A stretch of 42,689 nucleotides of DNA from Verrucomicrobiales bacterium (GCA_046075565.1 JBJTQJ010000066.1:1-42689), one strand, 5' to 3'; numbered from the stretch's first letter, positions 18,638 through 28,880 are shown. The notes: generated by a model not told the origin, from the letters alone. Numbers and translations: made by a program.

Positions 18638-18919
18638 TCACGCTTTTTTCTTGCGCGCGGCTTTTTTCTTCGGAGCCAGATCGGCGGCGTCCACTTTCTT
18701 CACATTGGAGATGTGGATCGGGCCTTCTTTCTCGATGATGCCGCCTTCGGGAAACTCCTGATTGCGCTTCTGGTGTTTCTTGATGATACGGACGCCTTCG
18801 ACGAGCACCTGGGCCTTCTCGGGAAGGACCTGGAGCACGGTGCCGGTGGCTCCCTTGTGGTTACCGGCGATCACCTGGACGGTGTCACCCTTCTTGACAT
18901 GGGTTCTGACTCGGCTCAT
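18638..18919 (-). CDS. rplX: 50S ribosomal protein L24
   Basis: [11 protein letters not shown] (KOW) and EGPIHISNV motifs. Confidence 0.97.
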   Translation of the reverse strand: MSRVRTHVKKGDTVQVIAGNHKGATGTVLQVLPEKAQVLVEGVRIIKKHQKRNQEFPEGGIIEKEGPIHISNVKKVDAADLAPKKKAARKKKA

Positions 18920-19281
18920 AGGACTTCCGGGGCAAGGGAAACGATCTTCATGAAGTTTTTCTCGCGGAGTTCGCGGGCGACAGGGCCGAAAATACGGGTG
19001 CCGCGGGGGTTGCCATCCTTGTCGATGACGACGATGGCATTGGTGTCGAAACGCAGAATCGAACCATCGGAGCGGCGAATCGGGGCGGAGGTGCGCACGA
19101 CCACGGCGCGCACGACCGAACCTTTCTTCACGGCGGCGGTGGGAATGGACTCGCGGATGTGGGCGGTGATGACGTCGCCGATGCGGGCCGTGCGGGTGCG
19201 TTTGCCGATCACGCCAATCATCTTGGCGGAGCGGGCACCGGTGTTATCGGCCACCGTCACTTGGGATTCCATTTGAATCAT
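18916..19281 (-). CDS. rplN: 50S ribosomal protein L14
   Basis: [20 protein letters not shown] and IVSLAPEVL motifs. Start set at MIQMESQ. Confidence 0.98.
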   Translation of the reverse strand: MIQMESQVTVADNTGARSAKMIGVIGKRTRTARIGDVITAHIRESIPTAAVKKGSVVRAVVVRTSAPIRRSDGSILRFDTNAIVVIDKDGNPRGTRIFGPVARELREKNFMKIVSLAPEVL

Positions 19282-19369
19282 GGGATTGGTCTCCTTTGGG
19301 TATTGGGATGGGAGTCCGGTCTCGAGCGCCGGCCACGGGGCCTTCGGCGCGACGGTCCGGACCATCGGG

Positions 19370-19645
19370 TTAATGATTGAGAACTTCGACGAGGCGCCAG
19401 CGCTTGAGTTTGCTCATCGGGCGGGTCTCGACGATGCGGACCTTGTCGCCGATCTTGGCTTCGCCCTTTTCGTCGTGGGCGTAGAACTTTTTGGAGCGCT
19501 TCACGATCTTCTTGAAGGTCGCGTGCGGGACGCGGGCGACGTATTCGACGACGATGGTTTTGTTCATCTTGTCGGAAACGACAACGCCGGTGCGCGACTT
19601 GCGAACGGTGCGCTTCTCGGTTGGCGGATTGGAGTCTTGGCTCAT
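19370..19645 (-). CDS. rpsQ: 30S ribosomal protein S17
   Basis: [15 protein letters not shown] and [11 protein letters not shown] motifs. Confidence 0.98.
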   Translation of the reverse strand: MSQDSNPPTEKRTVRKSRTGVVVSDKMNKTIVVEYVARVPHATFKKIVKRSKKFYAHDEKGEAKIGDKVRIVETRPMSKLKRWRLVEVLNH

Positions 19646-19671
19646 GGTGTCAGGGCGGAGTGGTTCGGAGT

Positions 19672-19866
19672 TCAGGCCTTGGCCGATTTTTGGCCGGTGA
19701 ACGTCAAGACGCGGGCGATTTCGCGGCGGACGGTGCCGAGGCGGGCCGAGTTCTCGAGTTGCTCGGTCGATTGTTGGATGCGCAGGTGGCGCATTTCATC
19801 GTGCAGCTCGCGCAGGCGGGCCTGGAGCTCGTTGAGGCTCAGTTCGCGCAGTTCCTTGTTTTTCAT
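19672..19866 (-). CDS. rpmC: 50S ribosomal protein L29
   Basis: ELRELS...[10 protein letters not shown]; lies between rplP and rpsQ. Confidence 0.95.
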   Translation of the reverse strand: MKNKELRELSLNELQARLRELHDEMRHLRIQQSTEQLENSARLGTVRREIARVLTFTGQKSAKA

Positions 19867-19900
19867 GGCGGTGGAAATTCGTTGGCGTGGATTGGGGATC

Positions 19901-20320
19901 TCAGTCGAGACCGTGGCGTTTCACAAAGCGGCAGCGGATACCGAGTTTGTTGGCGGCGAGGCGCATTGATTCTTTGGCTTGGGATTCGGTGCAACCGGCC
20001 AGTTCGAAAAGCATGGTGCCGGGCAAAACAACCGCGACCCAGCGATCGAGCGCGCCTTTACCTTTACCCATCCGGGTTTCAGGCGGGCGACCGGTCACCG
20101 GCTTGTGCGGGAACACGCGGATCCAGAGTTTGCCTTTCCGTTTCAGGTGGCGGTTGATGGCAACCCGGCATGCTTCGATCTGATTGGCGGCCAGCCAGCA
20201 GCGGCCGAGCGCTTGCAGACCGAAATCACCGTAGCTCACATCGGTGCCGCGGGTGGCATTCCCGGCGCGGCTCCCGCGCTGGGTTTTACGAAACTTGACT
20301 CTTTTGGGCATCAAGGGCAT
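19901..20320 (-). CDS. rplP: 50S ribosomal protein L16
   Basis: [17 protein letters not shown] and RMGKGKG motifs. Confidence 0.98.
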   Translation of the reverse strand: MPLMPKRVKFRKTQRGSRAGNATRGTDVSYGDFGLQALGRCWLAANQIEACRVAINRHLKRKGKLWIRVFPHKPVTGRPPETRMGKGKGALDRWVAVVLPGTMLFELAGCTESQAKESMRLAANKLGIRCRFVKRHGLD

Positions 20321-20369
20321 GGCGACGTCCTCCTAGGGAAAATATTGGGGTTGTTGGTGACGGGGTGAA

Positions 20370-21059
20370 TTATTGCTCGTTGGGGGCGCGGCGGGGGCCG
20401 GATGGGCGCCGGTTGCCACGGTTGGTCGGGGCGGCGTCTTCCTTCTTGTTGACCCAGCACTTCACGCCGATGAGACCATAGACGGTGCGAGCTTCGGAGA
20501 AGCCGTAGTCGAGAGGAACACGCAGGGTTTGCAGGGGCACTTTGCCCTCGCGATACCATTCGGCGCGGGCGATATCGGCACCGCCGAGACGACCGGCCAC
20601 GCGGATCCGGATGCCGTCGGCTCCGAAATCCATGGCGGTTTGCAGCGCGCGCTTCATGGCGCGGCGGAAAGAAACACGGCGTTCAAGCTGGAGAGCCACG
20701 TTCTCGGCCACGAGTTGGGCGTCGGTTTCCGGCTGCTTGATTTCGATGATGTCGATCTTCACTTGTTTGCCGCCGGCCATCTTGGAAAGCGTGGCGGTCA
20801 TGGTTTCGATCTCCTGGCCTTTGCGGCCGATCACCAATCCTGGGCGGGCGGTGTGCAGGGTAACGCGCACGCTGTTCCAAGCACGCTCGATCATGATCTT
20901 GGAAATGGCAGCTTGTTGCAGCTTGCCCTTCAGATAATTCCGAATCTCCAAATCATTGTGGAGGTTTTCGGTGTAGGTCTTGCCGGCGGCATACCATTTG
21001 GAGCGCCAGTCCTTGCTAACGGCGAGGCGGAACCCGATTGGATTGACTTTTTGTCCCAT
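20370..21059 (-). CDS. rpsC: 30S ribosomal protein S3
   Basis: MGQKVNPIGFRL, RPGLVIGRKG and GRLGGADIAR motifs. Confidence 0.98.
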   Translation of the reverse strand: MGQKVNPIGFRLAVSKDWRSKWYAAGKTYTENLHNDLEIRNYLKGKLQQAAISKIMIERAWNSVRVTLHTARPGLVIGRKGQEIETMTATLSKMAGGKQVKIDIIEIKQPETDAQLVAENVALQLERRVSFRRAMKRALQTAMDFGADGIRIRVAGRLGGADIARAEWYREGKVPLQTLRVPLDYGFSEARTVYGLIGVKCWVNKKEDAAPTNRGNRRPSGPRRAPNEQ

Positions 21060-21092
21060 GATTTCGGTCGGTTGAGTGGTGGCGCGGTCCGG

Positions 21093-21542
21093 TTATTCGG
21101 CGGCTTCGGAGGTGGTTTCGGCTGGTTTGGCCGCGGCCTTCTTCTTGGCAGCGGGTTTGGCGGCTTTCTTCGCGACGGGGGCCTTTTTCTTCTTCGGCTC
21201 CGGCAAAGCAATCTCGTCAGTGAGGGTGATGCGGATGTGGCTGGTCCGCTTCTGGATCGGATGGGCCGATCCGCGGGCGGCGGGCTTGAATCGCTTGAGG
21301 CGTGGGCCTTCGCCGACTTGAGCTTCTTTCACGACCAAACGGTCAACCGACATCTCATGGTTGTTCTCGGCGTTCGCGATGCCGGAACGGAGTGTCTTGC
21401 CGACAAGGTAGGCGGCCTTCTTCGGAGTGAAGTTCAGGATGTCGAGCGCCTGGCTGGCAGGAAGACCGCAGATTTCGCGGACGACATCGCGCACTTTGAG
21501 AGGCGAGATGCGGACGTGGCGGGTGATGGCTTTGACTTCCAT
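21093..21542 (-). CDS. rplV: 50S ribosomal protein L22 with Lys/Ala-rich C-terminal tail
   Basis: RISPLKVR, GPRLKRFKPAARG and KRTSHI motifs. Start set at MEVKA. Confidence 0.97.
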   Translation of the reverse strand: MEVKAITRHVRISPLKVRDVVREICGLPASQALDILNFTPKKAAYLVGKTLRSGIANAENNHEMSVDRLVVKEAQVGEGPRLKRFKPAARGSAHPIQKRTSHIRITLTDEIALPEPKKKKAPVAKKAAKPAAKKKAAAKPAETTSEAAE

Positions 21543-21589
21543 GGTGTGATTCGTTGGGTCGGTTGTTTTTTCGAAAGGTCTGAGTGAGG

Positions 21590-22366
21590 TCAATTGACGC
21601 CGGGACGGGCGATGTCGCCCACCTGGAGATCCTGGATGGCTAGACCGCCATCAAGGGAGACGATGCCGCAGACTTCGTCGCGAACGTCCACCACGATGGC
21701 GGATCCAAGCGCGCGGTCCTGGCGTCGAAATTCAAAGGGCATGCCGAGTCGCACACCGCTGCGGAGGCCCACATTGAGAACGGCCAGTCCGATATCCGGT
21801 TGCAGGCTCAGCACTTGGGCGTTGGTGATTTCATTTGCGGCGGCGGGAGCATCATTGTTGATGCCGCGGGATGCCGCGAGAGTTTGGTCGGCGGCACGCA
21901 GTTCCGCTTCGAGTTCGGCGCGGAGAGCGGCATCGACATTTTCCGTGCGGTTCAGGAAAGCGAGCACCGACTCGCTCAATTGCAGCAGTTGGCGCTCGAG
22001 GAGTCCGCGGGCTTCCTTCTCGCGTCCGAGTTCGGACATCGCATTGATCAAGCGGCGGCGGCTTTCGCGATCGGTCGGGTCGAAAACCGTGAGGCCGAGG
22101 GCTTCGAAATCGGAGCGCATTTTCTGGTGCTCGTCACGCGTGGTCTTGGCTTCCTGATTGGCGGTGGCAAGGCTGCGGGCGAGAGCGGCGTTGGCTTGAC
22201 GCAGTTGATTATTCTCCTGCTCCATGCGTCCGGCGCGCTCGAGAGCGGCTTCGAGGGCCACTCTGGTTTCCGCGACAACCGCCTCATCACCGGCACACAC
22301 CGACACCTGTCCAACCGCGAGAGCGGTGGCGGCGATCGGAGCCATGGCCTGGAGTCGGTTGAACAT
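21590..22366 (-). CDS. Hypothetical exported coiled-coil protein with C-terminal beta domain, inside the S10 operon
   Basis: 258-aa ORF filling the rpsS-rplV gap (19-nt and 47-nt spacers). Signal-peptide-like N-terminus, heptad-rich middle, and C-terminal AVLNVGLRSGVRLGMPF...VVDV. Confidence 0.8.
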   Translation of the reverse strand: MFNRLQAMAPIAATALAVGQVSVCAGDEAVVAETRVALEAALERAGRMEQENNQLRQANAALARSLATANQEAKTTRDEHQKMRSDFEALGLTVFDPTDRESRRRLINAMSELGREKEARGLLERQLLQLSESVLAFLNRTENVDAALRAELEAELRAADQTLAASRGINNDAPAAANEITNAQVLSLQPDIGLAVLNVGLRSGVRLGMPFEFRRQDRALGSAIVVDVRDEVCGIVSLDGGLAIQDLQVGDIARPGVN

Positions 22367-22385
22367 GCGGAAGAGAAAAAGACGG

Positions 22386-22655
22386 TTATTTCTTGGTGGC
22401 GGCGCCGTGAGCCTTGAACATACGGGTCGGGGAAAACTCGCCGAGGCGGTGTCCGACCATGTTTTCGGAAACATAGACGCTGACAAAGTCCTTGCCGTTG
22501 TGCACGAGGAAGGTATGTCCGACGAAGTCGGGGATAATCATCGAAGCACGCGACCAAGTCTTGATCGGTTTCTTCTGCCCGGCCTCGTTCATCTTGTCCA
22601 CCTTGAGGAGGAGTTTCTGGAAAACGAAAGGACCTTTTTTGAGGGATCTGCCCAT
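22386..22655 (-). CDS. rpsS: 30S ribosomal protein S19
   Basis: [15 protein letters not shown] and [13 protein letters not shown] motifs. Confidence 0.98.
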   Translation of the reverse strand: MGRSLKKGPFVFQKLLLKVDKMNEAGQKKPIKTWSRASMIIPDFVGHTFLVHNGKDFVSVYVSENMVGHRLGEFSPTRMFKAHGAATKK

Positions 22656-22694
22656 GGTGATTGGCTTGTTGGTTCTTGGATTCGGCGGGAGAAA

Positions 22695-23537
22695 TTAGCG
22701 GCGCTTCGCGTTGCGACGCTGGAGAATGAACTTGCTCGTGGTCTTGTATTTCTTACGAGTCTTCTGACCCTTGGCATGACCCCAGGGGGAGAGAAGGTGC
22801 TGGCGACCACCACCCGATTTCGAGCGGCCTTCACCACCACCGTTCGGGTGGTCAACCGGGTTCATACACATGCCGCGCACGGTCGGGCGGACGCCCTGCC
22901 AGCGGGTGCGACCGGCCTTGCCGGACGACTCGTTCATATGATCGCGGTTTCCAACGGATCCGATGGTCGCAAAGCATTCGTCCTGGATACGGCGGATTTC
23001 TCCGGAGGGCATCTTGACGAGAGCAAAACCGCTTTCGTAGTTGGAAAGAATGGCCATCTGACCGGCGGAACGGGCGATCTGGCCGCCGCGTCCGGGGGTA
23101 AGCTCGATGTTGTGGATCGAGGTGCCGAGCGGGATGTTCTTCAGCTTCATGGCGTTGCCCACTTTGGGCTCGACCTTGTCGCCGGCTTGCACCTTGGCTC
23201 CGACTTCCAATCCGGCGGGGGCCAGGATGTAGCTCTTCTGGCCGTCCGGGTATTGAATCAGGGCGATGCGGCAGGTGCGGTTCGGATCATATTCGATACC
23301 GAGCACGACGGCCTCGACATCGCGGCGATAACGCTTGAAGTCAATCAAACGGTATTTGCGCTTGTGACCACCACCGACGTGGCGGCAAGTGATGCGCCCG
23401 GTGTTGTTACGGCCACCGGATTTTTTGATGGGCCGGCACAGGCTTTTCTCCGGCGACTTCTTGGTGATCTCCTCGAAAGTCGGGAGTTCCTTGAAACGCA
23501 TGGGGCCGGTCAGGGGCTTGAAGGTCTTGATGGGCAT
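22695..23537 (-). CDS. rplB: 50S ribosomal protein L2
   Basis: [17 protein letters not shown] and [13 protein letters not shown] motifs. Confidence 0.99.
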   Translation of the reverse strand: MPIKTFKPLTGPMRFKELPTFEEITKKSPEKSLCRPIKKSGGRNNTGRITCRHVGGGHKRKYRLIDFKRYRRDVEAVVLGIEYDPNRTCRIALIQYPDGQKSYILAPAGLEVGAKVQAGDKVEPKVGNAMKLKNIPLGTSIHNIELTPGRGGQIARSAGQMAILSNYESGFALVKMPSGEIRRIQDECFATIGSVGNRDHMNESSGKAGRTRWQGVRPTVRGMCMNPVDHPNGGGEGRSKSGGGRQHLLSPWGHAKGQKTRKKYKTTSKFILQRRNAKRR

Positions 23538-23578
23538 GGTGCGATCCCTTTCGGGTTAACTTTGAAATTCGTGTTGCT

Positions 23579-23863
23579 TCAGACGAGGTCGAGGGTTTCG
23601 CCCTCTTTCAGTTTAACCACGGCTTTTTTCCAGTGGTTGGAACGACCGGCGTAGGCCGTGCGCTGGCGCTTGAGCTTTCCGTCGTAATTGGCGGTATTCA
23701 CCGAGACGACTTTTTTGCCGAAAAGCTTTTCGACCGCGTGTTTGATCTGCGACTTGTTCGCCTTGCGCTCGACTTCGAACACGTATTCGTTGTTCTTTTC
23801 TTGCGCGAGGGTGGCTTTTTCGCTCAGGCGAATCCGGTTGATGATGTTGTGGAGGTCGCTCAT
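23579..23863 (-). CDS. rplW: 50S ribosomal protein L23
   Basis: SEKA, ANKSQIKHAVEKLF and WKKAVVKL motifs. Confidence 0.97.
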   Translation of the reverse strand: MSDLHNIINRIRLSEKATLAQEKNNEYVFEVERKANKSQIKHAVEKLFGKKVVSVNTANYDGKLKRQRTAYAGRSNHWKKAVVKLKEGETLDLV

Positions 23864-24477
23864 GGCTTGATGGTCCTTCCGGCTAGAGTGGGCAGGGAGT
23901 CAGCGGTCACCACGATTTTGGTGAAGGTGATAAGCTGTTCGACATTCACGTCTCCGGCGGTAACGAGGAGCACGTTGGAAAGATTGCGGGCGGCAAGATA
24001 GGTCTTGTCGTCGAAGGCTTGGGCAATCACCAGGACGCGGCGGGCGCCGGGCGCGATTTTCGCGATGGCCGCTTCGCAGTCTTTGGTTTTGCCGGAAGCG
24101 ATGGCGAATGAACCGGCCGTAAGCACGTCACCGCTATTCACGCGGGCGCTGAACGCCGAAAGCAGGGCGAGACGACGGGTGCTCTTGGTCACCTTCTTCG
24201 AGTAATCGCGGGGGCGGGGGCCGAAAACGACACCACCTTTGACGAAAATCGGAGCGCGCTTGTCACCGTGGCGGGCGCCACCGGTTCCTTTTTGGCGGTA
24301 GATCTTCTTGTTATTCCCGCTGACTTCGGCGCGAGTCTTCGCGCAGGCAGTGCCGAGGCGGCGGTTCGCGCGGAGCGCGGTTACGGTATCGTGGACAGCC
24401 TGGGAGCCGCGGCCGTCTTCGATAATTTCGATGGCGGCTTTGCGGGCGTCGGCGGCGGTGAGGACGGAAGCTTGCAT
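23860..24477 (-). CDS. rplD: 50S ribosomal protein L4
   Basis: [19 protein letters not shown] and [12 protein letters not shown] motifs. Confidence 0.98.
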   Translation of the reverse strand: MQASVLTAADARKAAIEIIEDGRGSQAVHDTVTALRANRRLGTACAKTRAEVSGNNKKIYRQKGTGGARHGDKRAPIFVKGGVVFGPRPRDYSKKVTKSTRRLALLSAFSARVNSGDVLTAGSFAIASGKTKDCEAAIAKIAPGARRVLVIAQAFDDKTYLAARNLSNVLLVTAGDVNVEQLITFTKIVVTADSLPTLAGRTIKP

Positions 24478-24505
24478 GGCGGTTGTCGCTCGGTTCGTTG
24501 GTTAA

Positions 24506-25153
24506 TTACTTGGCGGCGGATTTCTTCTTGGCCGGGCGGATGATGACCTGGGAACCATTCGCTCCCGGCACGGCACCGCTGATGAGAATGACGCCGTCTT
24601 CGGCGCGGACTTGCACGACGCGCAGGTTCTGCGTGGTGCGTTGGACGACACCCATGTGACCGGGCATCTTCTGGTTCTTCCAGACAAGACCGGGCGTGGA
24701 ACGGCAACCGATGGCACCGGGACGGCGGTGCATCATGGAACCGTGCGTCATACGCTGGCCGGAGAAGTTGTAACGGCGGACCGTGCCTTGGAAGCCCTTA
24801 CCTTTGGTCGTGCCGATCACGTCAACGAATTGGTCGACGGCGAAAAGACTGGCGCCGGGGTGGGAAGAAGTGTCGGGAAGCGCGGCATCGTTTTCCACGC
24901 GGAATTCCTTCACGTGATACTTCGGAGTCGAACCGTGCTTCTTGAAGTGACCGAGAGCGGCTTTGCCGACGCGGCTTTCCTTCTTGTCACCGAATCCAAC
25001 TTGGACGGCGCTATAGCCTTCCTTGCCTTCGGTTTTCGTTTGCAGCCAGGTGTTGCCGGCCACTTCAATGACGGTCACGGGGGTCATGGCGCCGGTGGCG
25101 GCGTCGAAGACCCGGGTCATACCGAGTTTTTTTCCTAAAAGTCCAATGCTCAT
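24506..25153 (-). CDS. rplC: 50S ribosomal protein L3
   Basis: GKKLGMTRVF, GTTKGKGFQG, KMPGHMG and GAVPGANG motifs. Confidence 0.98.
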   Translation of the reverse strand: MSIGLLGKKLGMTRVFDAATGAMTPVTVIEVAGNTWLQTKTEGKEGYSAVQVGFGDKKESRVGKAALGHFKKHGSTPKYHVKEFRVENDAALPDTSSHPGASLFAVDQFVDVIGTTKGKGFQGTVRRYNFSGQRMTHGSMMHRRPGAIGCRSTPGLVWKNQKMPGHMGVVQRTTQNLRVVQVRAEDGVILISGAVPGANGSQVIIRPAKKKSAAK

Positions 25154-25174
25154 GTTCGTGGCTCCGGTTCGTGA

Positions 25175-25483
25175 TTAGAGTCGGATGGTGATGTCCACAC
25201 CGGCGGGGAGATTGAGCTTCTTGAGCTCGTCCACGGTGTGGGCGGTGGGATCGACGATGTCGAGCACGCGCTTGTGGGTGCGCATTTCAAACTGCTCAGC
25301 CGACTTTTTGTCGACGTGGGGCGAGCGGTTCACGCTGAATTTCTCGATGCGCGTGGGAAGGGGGATCGGGCCGGCCACTCGGGCGCCGGTGCGCTTGGCC
25401 GTCTCCACGATTTCGCGGGCGGAGCGATCAACGGCGCGGTGGTCATAGGCGCGCAAACGTATGCGTATGGTTTGGTGTTGCAT
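25175..25483 (-). CDS. rpsJ: 30S ribosomal protein S10
   Basis: [24 protein letters not shown] and RTHKR motifs. Confidence 0.98.
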   Translation of the reverse strand: MQHQTIRIRLRAYDHRAVDRSAREIVETAKRTGARVAGPIPLPTRIEKFSVNRSPHVDKKSAEQFEMRTHKRVLDIVDPTAHTVDELKKLNLPAGVDITIRL

Positions 25484-25522
25484 GGGCGTGAAAGATCGAT
25501 TGGGTGAATTTCTATGGCGGGC

Positions 25523-27673
25523 TTACTTGTTTCCTCCGCGTTGCTCGACAATCTGCTCGACGATGTTGTTCGGAACTTGCTCGAAGTGCGAAGGCTCCAT
25601 GGAATAGGAAGCGCGTCCGCTGGACAAGGTTCGGATAACGGTCGAATAACCGAACATCTCCGCGAGCGGCACGTGGGCCTTGACGATGTTGGCACCTTGT
25701 TTGGCATCAATGTTGGTGATCTTGCCGCGGCGGCGGTTCAAGTCACCCATGATGTCGCCCTGGAACTGCTCCGGGGTGGTGCACTCGACGGCCATGATGG
25801 GCTCGAGCAGGATGGGCTTGGCCTTTTTCATGGCGTCGCGCATCGCGAAGATGGCCGCCATCTTGAAAGCGTTTTCGTTCGAGTCAACTTCGTGGTAGGA
25901 ACCGTCCACAAGGTCAACGTGTAGGTCGATGACCGGATAACCGGCGATGACTCCGTTGAGAACCGATTCCTTGACGCCGGAGATACAGGCATTGATGTAT
26001 TCCTTGGGAATGGCACCGCCGACCACCTTGTTTTCAATGGTCAGGCCTTTGCCACGCTCGCTCGGAATCATCTTGAGAACCACGTGACCATACTGGCCGC
26101 GGCCTCCTGTCTGCTTGGCCAGCTTTCCATCACCGTCGGCTTGGGCGGTAACTGTTTCGCGGTAGGCGATTTGCGGCTTGCCAGCGTTGGCTTCCACCTT
26201 GAACTCACGCACCAAGCGGTCGCGAATGATTTCGAGGTGCAACTCGCCCATCCCGGCGATGATCGTCTGGCCGGTTTCTTCGTCCGTCTTGACGTTGAAG
26301 GTCGGATCCTCGTCGGAAAGGCGGCTGAGCGCGACGGCCATTTTCTCTTGGTCACCCTTCGTTTTCGGCTCGATAGCCATGGAAATGACGGGCTCGGGGA
26401 AGGTAGGCGGTTCGAGCACGAGCTCGTTATCGTCTTCGGTCAAAGTGTCGCCGGTGCGGACGTCTTTGATGCCGACCATGGCCGCGATGTCGCCGGCGAA
26501 GCAGCAATCGATGTCCGTGTGCTGGTTGGCCTGGATTTGAATCAAACGACCAACGCGTTCGGTGCGGCGGGTGCGCGGGTTGTAAATGGTGTCGCCTTTC
26601 TTGACCTTGCCGGAATAGACACGGAAGAAAACGAGTTTACCGACATACTTGTCCGACCAGAGTTTGAAAGCGAGCGAGACGAACTTGGCGTTGTCGGAAG
26701 TTTCGACCAGAATCACTTCTTCGGCATCGTCAGGATTCTGGCCTTTGGCCGCCTCAATGTCGAGAGGTCCGGGAAGGTAGTCCATGACCGCATCCAGAAG
26801 CGCTTGCACGCCTTTGTTCTTGAAAGCGGAGCCACCGGCGACAGGGACAATCTTGTTGGCAATGGTCGCGCGGCGAAGAGCGGCCTTCACGTCGGTAACC
26901 GTGATAGGTTCCTCCATGAGGAACTTCTCACCCATCACGTCGTCAACGTCGCAAAGCTGCGTCACGAGGGCTTCGTAATTGCTTTCAGCGAGGGCGAGTT
27001 GGTCGCCTTCAAGGGGAACGATTTCGTAGGTCGAACCGAGCTTGTCGTTGTCGGCGTAAATCAGGCCGACTTTGTTGATGACGTCGATCTGGCCTTTGAG
27101 TTGGTCTTCGGCACCGATCGGAATGAGAATGGGGGCGGCATTCGCGCCGAGTTTGTTGCGGATATCATCCACCGCGTTGTCGAAGTTGGCACCGGTCCGG
27201 TCCATCTTGTTGACAAAGGCAATACGGGGAACGCCATACTTCGTCGCTTGACGCCAGACGGTTTCCGACTGCGGTTGCACACCGGCCACACCGCAGAAAA
27301 CCGCGATGGCACCGTCGAGAACGCGCAAGGAGCGCTCGACTTCGGCGGTGAAATCGACGTGCCCGGGGGTGTCGATGATATTCACCCGCATGTCCTGGCC
27401 TTCGAAAAGCTTGAGCAGCTTCGGATTCGGAAGCTGTTTCCACGACGTGCTGACAGCCGCCGAGGTGATAGTGATGCCACGCTCTTTTTCCTGCTCCATC
27501 CAGTCGGTGGTCGCCGCGCCATCATGCACCTCGCCGATCCGGTGGATCATGCCGGTGTAGAAAAGGATACGCTCGGTCAAGGTTGTTTTACCGGCGTCAA
27601 TGTGCGCCGCGATCCCGATATTGCGGGTGCGCTCCAGCGGGAAAGGACGGTTGGCTGCGTTCACGTTCGACAT
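25523..27673 (-). CDS. fusA: Elongation factor G
   Basis: AHIDAGKTT, RGITI, DTPGHVDF, NKMD and GMGELHLE motifs. Confidence 0.99.
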   Translation of the reverse strand: MSNVNAANRPFPLERTRNIGIAAHIDAGKTTLTERILFYTGMIHRIGEVHDGAATTDWMEQEKERGITITSAAVSTSWKQLPNPKLLKLFEGQDMRVNIIDTPGHVDFTAEVERSLRVLDGAIAVFCGVAGVQPQSETVWRQATKYGVPRIAFVNKMDRTGANFDNAVDDIRNKLGANAAPILIPIGAEDQLKGQIDVINKVGLIYADNDKLGSTYEIVPLEGDQLALAESNYEALVTQLCDVDDVMGEKFLMEEPITVTDVKAALRRATIANKIVPVAGGSAFKNKGVQALLDAVMDYLPGPLDIEAAKGQNPDDAEEVILVETSDNAKFVSLAFKLWSDKYVGKLVFFRVYSGKVKKGDTIYNPRTRRTERVGRLIQIQANQHTDIDCCFAGDIAAMVGIKDVRTGDTLTEDDNELVLEPPTFPEPVISMAIEPKTKGDQEKMAVALSRLSDEDPTFNVKTDEETGQTIIAGMGELHLEIIRDRLVREFKVEANAGKPQIAYRETVTAQADGDGKLAKQTGGRGQYGHVVLKMIPSERGKGLTIENKVVGGAIPKEYINACISGVKESVLNGVIAGYPVIDLHVDLVDGSYHEVDSNENAFKMAAIFAMRDAMKKAKPILLEPIMAVECTTPEQFQGDIMGDLNRRRGKITNIDAKQGANIVKAHVPLAEMFGYSTVIRTLSSGRASYSMEPSHFEQVPNNIVEQIVEQRGGNK

Positions 27674-27724
27674 GGGAGGAATAGGGCGTAATGGGACAGA
27701 AAATCGCGGGAGCGGAAAAATGGA

Positions 27725-28198
27725 TTACCAGCGGAAATGGGCGAAGGCGCGGTTGGCCTGGGCCATTTTGTGCACGTCGTCGCGTTTGCGGACGGCCGAG
27801 CCTTGGTTCGTGGAAGCGTCTTTGATCTCGTTGGCGAGGGCTTTGGCCATCGGCGTTCCCTTGCGCTTGCGGGCGGCGTCCACGATCCAGCGAATGGCCA
27901 GTGATTGTTGGCGACCGGGGGAAACTTCAAGAGGCACTTGGTAGGTGGCACCACCGACACGGCGGCTCTTCACTTCCACGCGCGGCTTGGAATTTTCGAT
28001 GGCGCGATTCAAAACTTCCAGCGGGTCGACATTTTCGGCCGTGGAGTTGGCCTGGTCGATGGCGGCATAGACGATCTTCTCGGCCGTCGACTTCTTGCCG
28101 CGCTCCATGATCTTGTTGACAATGGCGGCGACCAATTCGCTGTCGTAGCGGGCGTCTTTGCGCTCCGGCTTGGAATATACACGTTTCCGGCGGGACAT
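27725..28198 (-). CDS. rpsG: 30S ribosomal protein S7
   Basis: SRRVGGATYQVP and HKMAQANRAFAH motifs. Confidence 0.99.
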   Translation of the reverse strand: MSRRKRVYSKPERKDARYDSELVAAIVNKIMERGKKSTAEKIVYAAIDQANSTAENVDPLEVLNRAIENSKPRVEVKSRRVGGATYQVPLEVSPGRQQSLAIRWIVDAARKRKGTPMAKALANEIKDASTNQGSAVRKRDDVHKMAQANRAFAHFRW

Positions 28199-28252
28199 GG
28201 CTTTGTGGGAAAAGGTTGGTTCGTGAGGGGAAGGGAAAATTCTCGGTCGGGC

Positions 28253-28660
28253 TTACTTCTTGCCCTTCGCCGGCGCAGCGGCTTGACCGGGCTTGGGACG
28301 CTTGGCCCCGTATTTGGAACGACCTTGGCGGCGTTTGTCGACCCCGAGGCAGTCAAGGGCGCCACGCACGATGTGGTAACGGACACCCGGCAAGTCTTTC
28401 ACCCGGCCGCCGCGAACGAGGACAATCGAGTGCTCCTGCAAGTTGTGTCCTTCACCGCCAATGTAGGCAATCACTTCATGTCCGTTGGTGAGACGCACCT
28501 TGGCGACTTTACGGAGCGCGGAGTTCGGCTTCTTCGGCGTGCGGGTCATCACCTGAAGGCAGACGCCACGGCGCTGCGGGCACTTGGCAAGCGCGGGTGA
28601 CTTTGACTTCGTTACCGGCTTTTGGCGGCCTTTGCGAACGAGCTGGTTGATGGTTGGCAT
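28253..28660 (-). CDS. rpsL: 30S ribosomal protein S12
   Basis: [21 protein letters not shown] and [10 protein letters not shown] motifs. Confidence 0.99.
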   Translation of the reverse strand: MPTINQLVRKGRQKPVTKSKSPALAKCPQRRGVCLQVMTRTPKKPNSALRKVAKVRLTNGHEVIAYIGGEGHNLQEHSIVLVRGGRVKDLPGVRYHIVRGALDCLGVDKRRQGRSKYGAKRPKPGQAAAPAKGKK

Positions 28661-28810
28661 GAGATCTTGGCTTGGCGATGTGTAAAGACGACGGGGGCAT
28701 GCCAAGGCAAGAACCAACGCGGCATCTTTTCCGGAGCCGCCCCCGATAGGATTTGGAGATGTGGGGCTCGTCCACCGAAGTGTCGAACCCATCCCGCCGC
28801 GAAAGCGGGG
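28661..28810 (-). promoter_or_regulatory. Structured 5' leader of the rpsL-S10-spc transcript
   Basis: C(UUCG)G-capped stem at 28764-28790; 7-bp GC helix 28745-39/28698-92; 6-bp helix 28706-01/28676-71. Confidence 0.5.
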
Positions 28811-28814
28811 CATG

Positions 28815-28880
28815 AAACTACGCTATCTCGCATTTCCTGCAACAATTATTTTCTTGGTAAAAGGAAGTTTTTTTGAAATT
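28815..28880 (-). promoter_or_regulatory. Putative sigma70 promoter of the ribosomal protein cluster
   Basis: TTGCAG (28842-37)-N16-TAGTTT (28820-15), with an AT-rich UP-like tract upstream and a GC-rich discriminator downstream. Confidence 0.6.
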
